From Felis catus (Eukaryota), in NCBI RefSeq assembly GCF_018350175.1, contig NC_058368.1, positions 22,508,001 through 22,572,000 of the forward strand: a stretch of DNA of 64,000 nt. The letters are read 5' to 3'. How positions within the stretch are numbered: position 1 is the first letter of the stretch; every line of letters begins with the position of its first letter. Below, one piece after another: positions 51,083 through 62,799 of the stretch. The notes beneath the pieces are model-generated. The model worked only from the letters and a program-made list of their open reading frames with translations. It searched no databases and was not told the DNA's origin. The translations under genes and the position numbers were made by a program.

Positions 51083-51589
51083 TGCATTGGAGATTTCATT
51101 ACAAAGTCAACTCAGAAGGAAGACTCCCATAACGAAAAAGCTGCAAAATTTCGCCAATCTATAATCAGAAAATATTGAGAATATTTATGGAAATGCTATG
51201 TATCACTTAGCAGAGACTCTGGATTCAGTCTATTAGCAGGTGGGAGTGCTCTTAAAGGTTTGTTTCATTGGTTGACTAAACCTCACCTTAATGGTGGTCT
51301 TCATATATTGAAGTGAGGAGGCCAGAAATTCTTTGATATGATATACAGTAAGAAAGCCAAAGGCTTGTGAAATAAACATGTTGGAGGAGATTTGCAGTGT
51401 GTCTCCTGCTCACAAACACCCTAAATATATCCCCTGAGAAGTCCAAGGAAACACACCCTTTACCAAGGCTTTAAGAAATGTATTGATTCGTGAGAATGTC
51501 AGCACATTTGGAAAGTGCTGTAGGGACTATGAACTGTAGGCCAGGAAGTCTAATGAAAAAAAAATGCATTTGAAATGAAATCCCTATTT

Positions 51590-51792
51590 AAAAAAAAAAG
51601 TTTATTTATTTTGAGAGAGAGAGCACATGAGCAAGAGAGGGGCAAGGAGAGAGGGAGAGAGAGAATCCCAAGCAGGTTCTCCATGCTGTTAGCGTGGAGC
51701 CCAACATGGGGCTCCAAATCATGAACCATGAGATCATGACCTGAGCCGAAATCCAGAGTCGGACCTTAACCAACTGAGCCACCCAGGTGCCC
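51590..51792 (-). mobile_element. Can-SINE inside the ERV
   Basis: TSD TGAAAYCCCTATTT. Confidence 0.93.
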
Positions 51793-51939
51793 TGAAACCC
51801 CTATTTTATGTGTGGACACCAGGAAACTAAAGTGGCAGAGGCCAACTAATACTGTTTAACTGTCAGAGGCAAATTAAGTATGGCTATCATTACAAAATCA
51901 GGATAAACAACTAGCAACACTCTTTATAAGTGACTACTT

Positions 51940-51945
51940 CATTGG

Positions 51946-51985
<40 letters not shown>

Positions 51986-52150
51986 AACAGAATCACCTGG
52001 AAGGCTTATTAAACCACAGATAAATGCCTGAGCCCCAAACTCAATTTCTGATTCAGTAGGTATTGAAGGGATCCAAAATTTACAGTTCTAACTAATAAAT
52101 TCCCAGGTTATATTGATGCTGCTTGTCCAGAGACACTTTGAGAACCATTG
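51940..52150 (-). mobile_element. MER5A hAT MITE with an internal (TG)n, nested in the ERV
   Basis: CAGAATCACCTGGAAGGCTTATTAAA..TTTCTGATTCAGTAGGT..ACACTTTGAGAACCATTG. Confidence 0.88.
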
Positions 52151-52447
52151 ATCTCATTGATCTTGAGTCCTGAGAACCAATATAGATAAACATAAAGTTA
52201 TTAATGTATACGCCTCAAACTCTAAGAATTATGAACAAAGGCTTCAATTGAGCCACCACAGAAAAATCACTCTCTCCCACCCCATTCTCAAGTCGAGTCA
52301 GTGTAAACACCAGAGCCCTTTAAATGGACATAGGCTAGGACCACTTGCAGAAGGACCATGCGATTATCTGACACATACTTTATTGTATCTCATCCTGCAG
52401 CTTCTCCAAAGGCCCCTGTGGTCACTTACTATAAGAAGAGATACCTA

Positions 52448-52672
52448 GGGGCGCCTGGGTGGCGCAGTCGGTTAAGCGTCCGACTTCAGCCAGGTCACGA
52501 TCTCGCAGTCCGTGAGTTCGAGCCCCGCGTCGGGCTCTGGGCTGATGGCTCAGAGCCTGGAGCCTGTTTCGGATTCTGTGTCTCCCTCTCTCTCTGCCCC
52601 TCCCCCATTCATGCTCTGTCTCTCTCTGTCCCAAAAATAAAAAACGTTGGAAAAAGTTAAAAAAAAAAAAAA
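52448..52672 (+). mobile_element. Young feline Can-SINE (SINEC_Fc)
   Basis: CpG-rich, near-consensus body; perfect TSD AAGAAGAGATACCTA(G). Confidence 0.97.
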
Positions 52673-54305
52673 AAGAAGAGATACCTAGTCTATTCAGGAT
52701 ATTAGACATTGTCTCTGAGCAACACTGATTTCCAGGGACCCAGAATGCCACTCTAATGCAGAGTGGAGGCTTTTCAGGGTCATTTGGTAAATGGAGATTT
52801 GACCTAAGTTCTACCTCAAAGAAGGCTCATAGTTATTTCACTAGTTTATTAGTGTATCATTGGTAAAGATGTACTCAGCAACCTTCAGAATCCCCCATTG
52901 GGTCCTTGACCCATGGGATAACTTTTATTCTAGTTAGAAGTATCAATTTGGAAACCCTGGGTTCTCCACTTACCTACTAAAACAGTAAATCCAAAGCAAT
53001 ACCTCCTCCTTGGTAAAACTGAAGACATAAATGCCATCATTAGGGAACTGAAAAGATATAAGGATAGGGTTCTTTTCACACCCCCATTTGATTTCCATTT
53101 GGGCCAATATTAAAAATGGATAGATTTTGGATCACTGTTGTAAGCTTAATCAGGGAGTAATTATAATGGCAACTAGATGTGGTCTTTTTATGAAAGCAAA
53201 TATACACATCCCTTGGCATTGATATGCAGCTGTTGATCTTTATCCCCCAACACAGAACATGTCTGAAGTAGTTTGCTTTCACCTAGTGAGGAGAGTAGTA
53301 TACCCTTAGGGTATTGCCTCAGATCTGCATCCCCTCACTGTCCTCCTGCCACAAGACATTATGCAGAGAACCTGACTATCTCATTATGTCACAGAAGAGC
53401 ATGCTCATGAGATAAATATCTGGGAGCAAAAAGTTGCTAGAACTTGATATGTGTTGTCATGCCTGAGGATGACAGATATCAGAAGATAAACACCATGAAC
53501 ATACTAGCCTTGGTATTTCAGGGAAGTTTTTTGAGGGTCCAGTAGTCTGGGGAATATTGGGATAACCTTAAAAACCAAAGACTTGTTGCGTCTTACAACC
53601 TCTACCAGGGAACAAGAAAATGCTCGGTGGAAGTGTTTGGATTTTATAGAAACATATACCACTTTTGAGTATTCTGCTTCTACCCAGTTGAAAGACAGCA
53701 GCTTTGTGTGGAACTCAGAGCAAGAGAATTGTCTTCAGCTGGTCAAGGTTGTAGTGACACAGCAATAATACTCAAAGCATTTGTGACAGATTGTGACATT
53801 GCATGAAGCCTATGGAAAGTCCCAAAGGGATTATCACAGAGACAATCCCTAAGGTTTTAGACCAAGTAAAGGAGCTATTCACCTTTGAATAATATCTCTT
53901 GGCTTACAGGTAGGTCCTGTCAGAGACCAATTGTGGGACAGTACGAAACTGTACAGCTCTTCAGGATTCTCTGTCTTCCATACAGTATCATGTTTATATT
54001 TTAACCATTTTTCCTCTTTTCTGTCTCCTCCCCCAATTATTTTGTACAGGATGAGTTTCCTTTACAGTCTAATCCATTGAATATGTAGATATTACAGAAT
54101 ATTAACACAGATATTTCTTTTGTAGAAACAGAAGAAGAAAGGTCTCATTCAGAGACCCACAGTACAGTACCTGCTGAGATTTGGTGTTGTTACATTTTTG
54201 AAGAAGGAGTGAGAAATAGTATAACTGTAGGAGAGATGGTTTCATTTTGCTAAGCAGGAGTATTCAGGGTGAAGAAGACTGTTAATGTGGGACAAAGGGG
54301 TGGAC

Positions 54306-54583
54306 TCTGGTGGGCATTTGTTATTCCTACTAACAGTATCTCTGATTCCTTAGTGATTCTCTATGCAAAGTACAGCACCTAATATCCAGTGGCGGAAGCA
54401 GAATGTCTTCACTGTACCAGTTCTGAAGCATAACCTGGGGCCTTGCTCTTGGCTGTGTACCCAAACTTGATTCTATAGCAATTCATAATTCTTAATGTTA
54501 TCCAATATAATTTTACAAATACCTTTTCTACTTAAATCCACCATAATCATTTTCTACTGCATCTGAGAACCCTAACCAATGCT
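54306..54583 (+). mobile_element. 3' LTR of the ERVL provirus (LTR16/LTR33-like)
   Basis: Directly follows the PPT; ends AAATACCTTTTCTACTTAAAT..GAGAACCCTAACCAAT, typical of this LTR group. Confidence 0.65.
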
Positions 54584-56239
54584 CTCACTAACACATCCTG
54601 CTAGCTACCCTCATAAAGGAAGAGGATTCCATAGGTAGTGGATATAAGCATTCCTGTTACTATAAAGGAATATCCCCCATTGTATATTTAATAACTGACA
54701 TTCCGATTTAAACATTGTTCTCTTATAAGTTTGGTTAGCATGAGTCCATCCCTGCTAAGCCTTCTCTCTTCCAGACACACTGATAAGATCCAGTAATTTT
54801 GTGACAGCCAGCCATGAGGTTCTGCCTTAGTGGTTACCATTGATTCCCTCTGATCTCTATCTCTTTCCCCCTCAACTCAAAAATTCTGCAAACATCCATC
54901 TCCTAGAGCTCACATCTCTACGGTATTTTCATATGCATTTCCTCACTTATTCTCCCTCCACAGGGCAGGCATGCGTTTTTATCTTTAGTCTAGCGATTAA
55001 AAAAAAAATTGAAGTTAAAGGAAACACTTAACCAGCTAGAGATTTTTTTTAAAAGCCCTAATCTTAAGAGAAGATACATTCAACCAGCTAGTAAGAAGCA
55101 GATCAGAAACCAGAACTCAGATGTTTAGACTCCTAGACCAGCATACTACAGAGAATGCTCTACTCCATTTACCGAATCCAAAGGAGCCACAGAGATAGAG
55201 GGACCTCTTGTAGCAGCTAATGCCATCCACATCCATCAACACACACCTGTGGAGATCATGGGAGAGACCCAAGGGAGTTTAATTCATTTCTAGGTGGCTT
55301 GAGCATTTCTATACCTCATGTCTTCTGCTTGTTTTGTATTGTTTGTATATGTGTTATTCTGAGCTCCTAAGTTGTCTTGCCATGCGGTCTGGGGTCTTAC
55401 CTCTCATTCTCATGTAACTTCACGATTGCCTTTCCTATAGGCAGATTTGCAGAAATGTGAACATAGTGTTCATCAGTGCCCTGGGATTGTCACACTAAGC
55501 CCACGTGTGATGTGGGAGATTTCACTGCTTCCAGAATGTGGAACAGGGAAGCACAGAGGCAAGTTGGTCCAAAGGGGTTCTGTGTCAGCTAGTGAGAGAA
55601 TTTTTCACCTCTTCACAGATGGCTTAATGCCAAGTAGATATTAACAAGTTACACAGATCACCACAGGAGCAAAATTCTCATGAACATAAATCTTTCACTG
55701 AAAGGACCCCTTTCTGAGACTGCAGCAAACCTTCTAGGCTGTCCAGCTGTTCAACAAACCTTGGAACTGTGCACATCCAAGGTTTCACCTCTTTTAGGTT
55801 TGCTTTCAACTCCCACTATACGACTTTGTTCTAGGACCCACCTCAGTCTTTGAAACTGAAATTTGTCATGTAATTTACATCACCATGTCACCTGAGGTTT
55901 ACCAACAGACCCTACTTCTTATGTTACTCTTTCGGATACTTAGAAACTCAAAATAATTCTTTTCTTATTTTGCTCTTTGCACAGCAAGTAAGAATCCAGA
56001 TTTTTTAATATTGTTACTACTGCAAAACCAAAAACAATTGGCTTCCATGGTACATGAACTATTATTCACTCTCTAGAGAGGACAAATCAAGGTATTCTAG
56101 CAGCTTTTTACCCTTTCTGCTCCTTCTCCATGGCAATGCTATTCATTAATTCATTAATTCATTCACATGTTCATACAATTGGCATATATTAATCTTCTGT
56201 TAAGGACTTAGCCCTGAAAAATACCATTAAATGTGTTTT

Positions 56240-56471
56240 ATTTTTTTTTAATTTTATTTATTTTTTTAATGTTTATTTTTAGTTTTTGAGAGAGAGAGGC
56301 AGAGCACGAGCGGGGGAGGAGCAACAAGAGAGGGAGACACAGAATCGGAAACAGGCTTCAGGCTCCGAGCTGTCAGCACAGAGCCTGACTTGGGGTTCGA
56401 ACTCACAAACTGCAAGATCATGACCGGAGCCGAAGCCGGACGCTCAATCGACTGAGCCACCCAGGCGCCCC
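56240..56471 (-). mobile_element. Can-SINE (SINEC_Fc)
   Basis: TSD AAATGTGTTTTA; ends CCAGGCGCCCC. Confidence 0.95.
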
Positions 56472-57027
56472 AAATGTGTTTTAAAAGTAGACATGACCCC
56501 TTCTAATTAGGAGCTTACTACCTAGTTGGGTTGTGGAACACAGCTAGCATTTATATAGAATACAATGTAATTATATAAACATGTCCATACATGTTCTGAG
56601 AAATACAAACTGTGCATGCCATTGCATAATATAAAGGGTACATCCTTTCAATTTTTGAGAAAGATGCAGAACTTCCTCACTTGACTCAATTCTTGAAATC
56701 TAAAACAGGCTCAGTTGTTTGAACTACTCACTAATTGCTGACAACAGTTGTTATCAGGTGTTGGCCACAAGCTCTCTGTTAACAGGCCTGGGGGTGCCCA
56801 GGACTTTCTAACTCAGCTGGTGGTCTCCCCATGTTCATACTAACTGCTCTGCCTCTCTTCCTTTCAACCATCACTCCTAATCATGTGGCATAAGATGACA
56901 AAAGGAGAGCACACAGTAGAATCTCATCTTCATTAAACGCAGCAGAATCACATGGCTGTCTTTTTTTTTTTTTTCTTTCTTTCCCCAATGCAAGGGGAGT
57001 AACTTCCTTCTAAAAAGGAAAGGACTC

Positions 57028-57235
57028 GGGGCACCTGGGTGGCTCAGTCGGTTGAGCGTCCGACTTCAGCTGGGGTCATGATCTCACAGTCTGTGAGTTC
57101 GAGCCCCGCGTCGGGCCCTGTGCTGACCGCTCAGAGCCTGGAGCCTGTTTCGGATTCTGTGTCTCCCTCTCTCTGACCCTCCCCCATTCATGCTCTGTCC
57201 CTCTCTGTCTCAAAAATAAACAAACGTAAAAAAAA
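57028..57235 (+). mobile_element. Can-SINE (SINEC_Fc)
   Basis: TSD AAAGGAAAGGACTC. Confidence 0.95.
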
Positions 57236-57829
57236 GAAAGGAAAGGACTCATCTTTGTGGGGAATCCATTAAGAATCCTTTCGGCTATCTTCTGGGTGAA
57301 TTTCTTTTCTACATGTACGTAATATTAGCATTTCTCTTTAACACAAAAGTTTTAGCCTGCAGTTTAGATTACCAAAGTTGCTGGTACACACTAATACTTT
57401 GAGTTCTCTAAAATTGACTTGCATAGAAATGGAAAGATTATATATTCCATTTGAAGATTTTTAACTACAAGCTTTAGATAAAAAACTTACTAGTTTAAAT
57501 AGAGCCTTAAAGGGCCCTAATATATTTGCCTCCGATATTATGGGTAATATGTTCCTTTTTTGTTGTTGTACTTTTATTTCTGACCTCATCAACCCATCTT
57601 TTCCTCTCTTCAAAGTTCAAGTCAAACCATGAGGTATGTAAATGGGCTGTGGTTTACCATTTAAGTCTGTGTTTCTTTCCTAGGGTTGACTCATCTAGCA
57701 AGACTAAATTGTTTCAGATCTGGGACCTATTTTTTTCATACAATAAAATGTGTTCATTTTTAACAGTCTCCCTAAAAATGCTGATCAAATTTATACAGGG
57801 CCCTCCACTGTCAGGTTTTTCTTGCAAAA

Positions 57830-58353
57830 GACTCCAGCTATTATAGGTTACATGACTAATTTTAGCCAATGAAATGTGAGCAGATAGAACTTATGCCATT
57901 TTCAGGTAAAACCCTTAACAGCTGGTGTGTGCGTCCTCTCATTTTCTTTAGCCTCTGCCAGGACAATTAGAAACACTTGCTTGGGCCTATCTTCAGAGTG
58001 AGGAATGGGAAGCTAAGTCTCAGCTGACCTTCAGTGGTCACACGGCATGAGCTAGAAGCAAATCTTTAATGTTTATTTACTTTTGAGAGAGAGACAGAAC
58101 GTGAGTGGGGGAGGGGCAGAGAGAGAGGGAGACACAGAATCTGAAGCAGGCTTTAGGCTCTGAGCTATCAGCACAGAGCCAGATGCCGGGCTTGAACTCA
58201 CAAACCATGAGATCATGACCAGAGCCAAAGTCGGACGTTTAACCAACTGAGCCACCTAGGTGCCCCAAGCTAGAAGGAAATCTTATAAACCAATCACATT
58301 TTAGGGGGCTCCTTTGTTATTGCAACATAACCTGTCCTGTCCTGATTGATACA
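57830..58353 (+). mobile_element. MaLR LTR (MLT1J/K-like) split by a SINE
   Basis: CATGACTAATTTTAGCCAATGAAATGTGAGCAGA..TTTGTTATTGCAACATAACCT..CCTGATTGATACA. Confidence 0.75.
58067..58266 (-). mobile_element. Can-SINE
   Basis: TSD AGCTAGAAGSAAATCTT. Confidence 0.94.
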
Positions 58354-58379
58354 TCATCCTAAATAAAACAGCACTCTCA

Positions 58380-58600
58380 ACCTGTTCTCCAGGTCCCCAA
58401 CCCCCCCCCCCCTTATTTTTACACCCTCCTAACATAGTATATATTGATTTTCTTTCTTTTCTTTATAATTCTTCCCCAACCCTCATTTGAATGAACACTC
58501 CATAAAGACCTGCTCTGATATGCTCACTGCTGTGTCTAGTACTTAGTGTCTGGTTCATAGCAGGTGCTAAGGAAACACTTGTTCTGTGAATGAATAAATG
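58380..58600 (+). mobile_element. L2 3' end
   Basis: GCTCACTGCTGTGTC..AGTGTCTGGTTCATAGCAGGTGCT..GAATGAATAAATG. Confidence 0.65.
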
Positions 58601-58935
58601 CTGGAGACATCAGGGAGCACTTTATAAAACAGAGAGCATTGAAGCTAAACTATACCTCAAGGATGCAGAGGAGTGCACCAAGGGGAGGAAATGGCCCATG
58701 ACATATCCAGGGGACTCTAAGAAGTTCACCATCATTAGGATGTAGGACCAACAAAGACATCTGTGCAAGGAATTAGGGTTCGGGGAGATGGAGTGATGGA
58801 AACAGGGACTACAGAGATAGGTTGGATCCAGTTTATGAAGGACCTTCTATGCCCTAATAATACTAATATACTTGGACTTTATTTTTTGAGCAAGGAAGAG
58901 CCAATAGTGTTTAAATCAGGGAGAAACAAGATCAG

Positions 58936-59127
58936 TTTTTTTTTAATGCTTTTATTTATTTGGGGGGGGGAGGGGCAGAGAGAGATTGGGAGACACAGAA
59001 TCCGAAGCAGCCTTCAGGTTCCAAGCTGTCAGCACAGAGCCCGACATGGGGCTCGAACCCACAAATCGTGAGATCATGACCTGAGCCGAAGTCAGATGCT
59101 TAACTGACTGAGCCACCCAGGCACCCC
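58936..59127 (-). mobile_element. Can-SINE
   Basis: TSD AACARGATYAGTTTT. Confidence 0.93.
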
Positions 59128-61171
59128 AACAGGATTAGTTTTGATTGTGCTTGAACAAATTACTTTCAGGGAGTAATCTCTGCTCAACCCACATTTTCAT
59201 TTCCCTTTGGCCACATCCATTCATTTTCTTCACCCAACAAATGTTTTCTACTTGCTATGAGCAATGTACTATGTAAGGTATGTGGGGAGCAAACAGAAGG
59301 AAAAGACACTCGTTGCGTTAAAATGAGCTTCCCTAAAGAGGAGTTCAAAATTAACAAACATAAAGAGTAACTAATTATGCAGGCCATTTGAACAAACCCT
59401 GTACTGGGGTCTCTTTCACCAAGCTAACCCCCATTGTTCCCATTTATAACTCTGCTATGTCTTGCTCCTTCCCATGCCTATCCTCCAACTCTTCCATCCA
59501 GGGCTGGACTGCCCAGACCACACCACAACCAGCAGGTGACCAATAAACAGTATTTATCACTGACTTTCCCTAATCCCCTTGGGGATGTCTGCAGATGACA
59601 GCAGCCTGCAGGAGCCTTACTCTTCTGTGATCAGGATACCTTCTAAACCCACAACAGGAATAAACACTTTCTAACCATGGACTGGACCTTTGATCAGAAA
59701 GATTGAATCACCATGGCCAACCCGGCTTGAATTAGCAGACTATAGTATGTCTGGCTTAGTGACCCTAAATGACAACAATAAAAGGAACCTGTGGGTGTTC
59801 TTGGTTGGAGGGGGGCAGAGGATTCTCATAGTCATCAAAACTCATGCTCTCTCACTTTCTGTCTGATTTGTTGACTGACTTTTGGGTGGCCTCAAGCTGG
59901 GAACCGTCAGATGGACGTCTCCTGGCAGAGAAGTTGACACAGGTGTTTGTGGGGCTCAGACTGTGCCTCTGTCTAGTTCTGCCCCCAATGTTCCCTCCCT
60001 CCACCTACCCATGGACTTTGCCAGTGGGGCTAACCTTGAGCACCTGAAAATTCTGCATTTCTAAGTCTGCTCCCAATAGAAACAAATGATTCCAGACACA
60101 GAGAGCAAGGTGGAAACGGACAAAGCAGAGTGTAATTCTTGTCTGGAAGAGGAGCCTGGTGAAGAGATGAAAAGTCCCACACAGGAAGCAAGAGTGGTAC
60201 AAGATGGGAATGATGAGAAAAGGAAGTTATGTGTGTTTCTTTTGGAAAAAAGTGCAAATTACTGAATTTCTGATTATAAAAGTAATACAAACTCACTGTG
60301 GAGAATTTGGAAAATGCAAAAAGAAGGTATGAAGGAAATACCTGTAACGATTGTATGTAACTTGAAATGTTGCCTTTGACTTTTTCCTCAGCCCCCTCCT
60401 ATTTTTGAATATTTAAAATATTTTCTATTTTAACTTGCTGATGAACATCTTTGGCCTCGAATACTTCTCTAAATTATTTCATACTGGTGCCTTTCTCATG
60501 ACAGAGAATGAAAGCATCTAATGAAGAGGTAGGAGTGGCTGCCTTTCAGCAGGTGGGGTAGAGGAGGGGCACCCTGGGAGGATGACAGAAATGTCAGGGT
60601 TCATAGAGGTCAAGGTCTTTTGTGCAGCTTCTTTCCCTTGTGTGCTCATCATACTGGCTGTTTCAGACTATAGTTGACCTTGTGGAATAAGAAGTCATAT
60701 AAAAATCCATGTGATTCACACTCCCATCCTCTTCAACTTAGCTTGATTTTATTTGGCAATTTGCCAAAGCATTCATTGCCCAGAATATTATTGTGTGTGT
60801 AGACAAGTTTGACATATGAACTGACCCTTTTCTATCATAGTGTGGAGAGGCCGAAAGCTACACTCCATGTTTCCCATACTTCCTTGTAGTGAGGCTTCAG
60901 GATATGGTTTAGAGGTTGCCAACGAGATGTGCTCATGTGGAATGGGGTTTGGAATTGAACCCAGAGGAAGAGGAGGAGAAAAGGAGGAAGCAGACATCTA
61001 TTTGGCATTACCAATAAGGCTCAAGTTCCACCTGCCCACCTCCTCAGTCCTGGTCCCTTCCCCATCCTGGCCCTGTAGGGAGCCACTGTCGTCAGATTGT
61101 TGTGTATGCTTCCATTCCCTTTTCCAAATATACCTATAAACGTATATTCTACTTTTGTTTTGTTTCTCCAA

Positions 61172-61697
61172 TTCTTTTATGGTGGTAAAAAAAGAATGCG
61201 TAACCTAAAATTTACCATCTGACCCATTTTTAAGTGCACAGCTCAGCGGTATTAGATACATTCATAATGTTGTGCAGCTGCAACTACCGTCCACACACAC
61301 AACTCTTTTCATCTTCCCCAACTGAAACTCTGTACCTATTAAACATTAACTCCCCAGTCCCCACTCCTCCCAGCCCCTGGCAACCACCATTTTACTTCCT
61401 GCCTCTGTGAATTCGATGACTCTAAGTACCTCATGTCAGTGGGATCATACAGTATTTGTCTCTTCACGACTGGCTTATTTTCACTCAGCACAATGTCCTC
61501 AAGATTCATCCACATTATAACATGTGTCAGAACTTCCTTCCTTTTAAAGCTGAATAATATGCCATCATATGCATAGACCACATTTGGCTTATCCATTCAT
61601 CCATCAGTGGACACTTGGATTGCTTCCATGTTTTAGTGATTGTGAATAATGCCGCTCTGAACATGGGTATACAAATATCTCTTTAAGACCCTGCCTG
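61172..61697 (-). mobile_element. L1MB-type 3'UTR
   Basis: AAAATTTACCATC..CATTTTTAAGTG..CCCTGGCAACCACCATT..CATTCATCCATCAGTGGACACTTGG. Confidence 0.92.
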
Positions 61698-62239
61698 CAG
61701 TGTATCAGTGAGTCTGTAATAGTTAGCACAGTTTCTGACACATAATAAGTGACGATGGAGGGTGGGTCTTACTACTACTACGTCTCTCTAAGCTCATCCA
61801 CAGATGGTCTTATTCTATTACAGTCCTTGTGGGATTGAGATCACTTGTTATTACTGCAGGATGTGTTTGCTTTTGAGAGGTACTAACACATTGTGCTGTG
61901 TTTCTAAACTGGCTTTGAAAGAAACCCACCATATTGTGAACTCCTATCTCATGAAACCACTAGAAGCTTTGAATTCAATATACCAAGTGTGTGTATGAGT
62001 CATGCTCAGATTTTTCCTGAAAGAAAATTTTTCCTGAAAGATTTTTCCTTGTGCACTTGAGGATACCTACACATTTCAAAGCTTTTGCATATGAGAGGCT
62101 AAAATTAAGTTAGTATCTTCAGAATGATAATTTTCAAATGAGGTGAATTGTGCTCATTAGCATGTTCTATTCGAGGAAAATGAATATATGGTTCCATTTT
62201 CAAGGTGGATTTGAGGGTAGCTCAGGCTCTCATGGAGTG

Positions 62240-62425
62240 GAGAGAAAATGGCAGAGTCAGAGAGCCGCGGGGTTGACTTCTATCCTTGCCTTTTATTAGC
62301 AGTGAAAGATCCTTAATATTTCTGAACCTCAGTGTTCTCATATTTGTATTTACATAATAAGGTTGTTAAGATGATTTGATGAGCTAATGTAAGTGCTGGG
62401 CACATAGAACATCCTTAAATAATGT
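62240..62425 (+). mobile_element. MIR fragment
   Basis: TCTGAACCTCAGTGTTCTCAT..GGTTGTTAAGATGATTTGATGAGCTAATGT. Confidence 0.6.
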
Positions 62426-62571
62426 TTATTCCTGTCTACCCTTCTGGTGTCATTTACATAGCCTTCTGAGTTCACCACCTATGTACTGAGTACCAGTTAT
62501 GTGTCAGCAGACATTTTAATAGGCTGTGGGGTAAAGGGATGCATCAGAGAGACAGTCCCACCTTCAAAGGG

Positions 62572-62799
62572 TTTTTTTTAATGTTTTTATTTATTTTTGA
62601 GAGAGAAAGAGAGAGAGAGAGAGAGAGACAGGGTACTAGTGAGGAGGGGCAGAGAGAGAGGGAGTCACACAATCCAAAGGAGGCTCCAGGCTCTGAGCTG
62701 TCAGCACAGAGCCCAATGCAGGGCTCAAACTCACGAACCTTAAGATCGTGACCTGAGCCGAAGTCGGACGCTTAACCGACTGAGCCACCCAGACACCCC
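62572..62799 (-). mobile_element. Can-SINE (SINEC_Fc-type)
   Basis: GAAGTCGGACGCTTAACCGACTGAGCCACCCAG; degenerate TSD CARAGGGYTTTT. Confidence 0.94.

Larger units (their letters stand above)
51090..54305 (+). mobile_element. Degenerate ERVL-class (ERV3-16A3/ERVL-E-like) internal gag-pro-pol remnant
   Basis: Protease-like TTAGACATTGTCTCTGAG..CCAGGGACCC (cf. LDTGSE..PGDP) at about 52700; GTAAATCCAAAGCAATAC (cf. VNQKQY); CCCCCATTT..ATTTGGGCCA..AAGCTTAATCAG (cf. SPFNSPIWP..KLNQ); TTTGCTTTCACC..GTATTGCCTCAG (cf. FAF..VLPQG); PPT-like AAAGGGGTGGAC at about 54294-54305. Confidence 0.85.

Noticed and set aside
50647..51099. 150-aa ORF as a host gene
   Set aside because: It is a fragment of L1 ORF2p in a truncated L1 with internal deletions.
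957..62003. Scattered AP-1 motifs (TGASTCA, about 15 seen)
   Set aside because: A short motif close to chance frequency and not tightly clustered.
339..62799. Recurrent ORFs such as MAQSVK..VMISWFVSSSPASGSVLTAQSLEPASDSVSPSLSAPP resembling a gene family or repeat array, and tRNA genes in their heads
   Set aside because: All are translations of dispersed Can-SINEs; the tRNA-like heads are SINE promoters, not tRNA genes.
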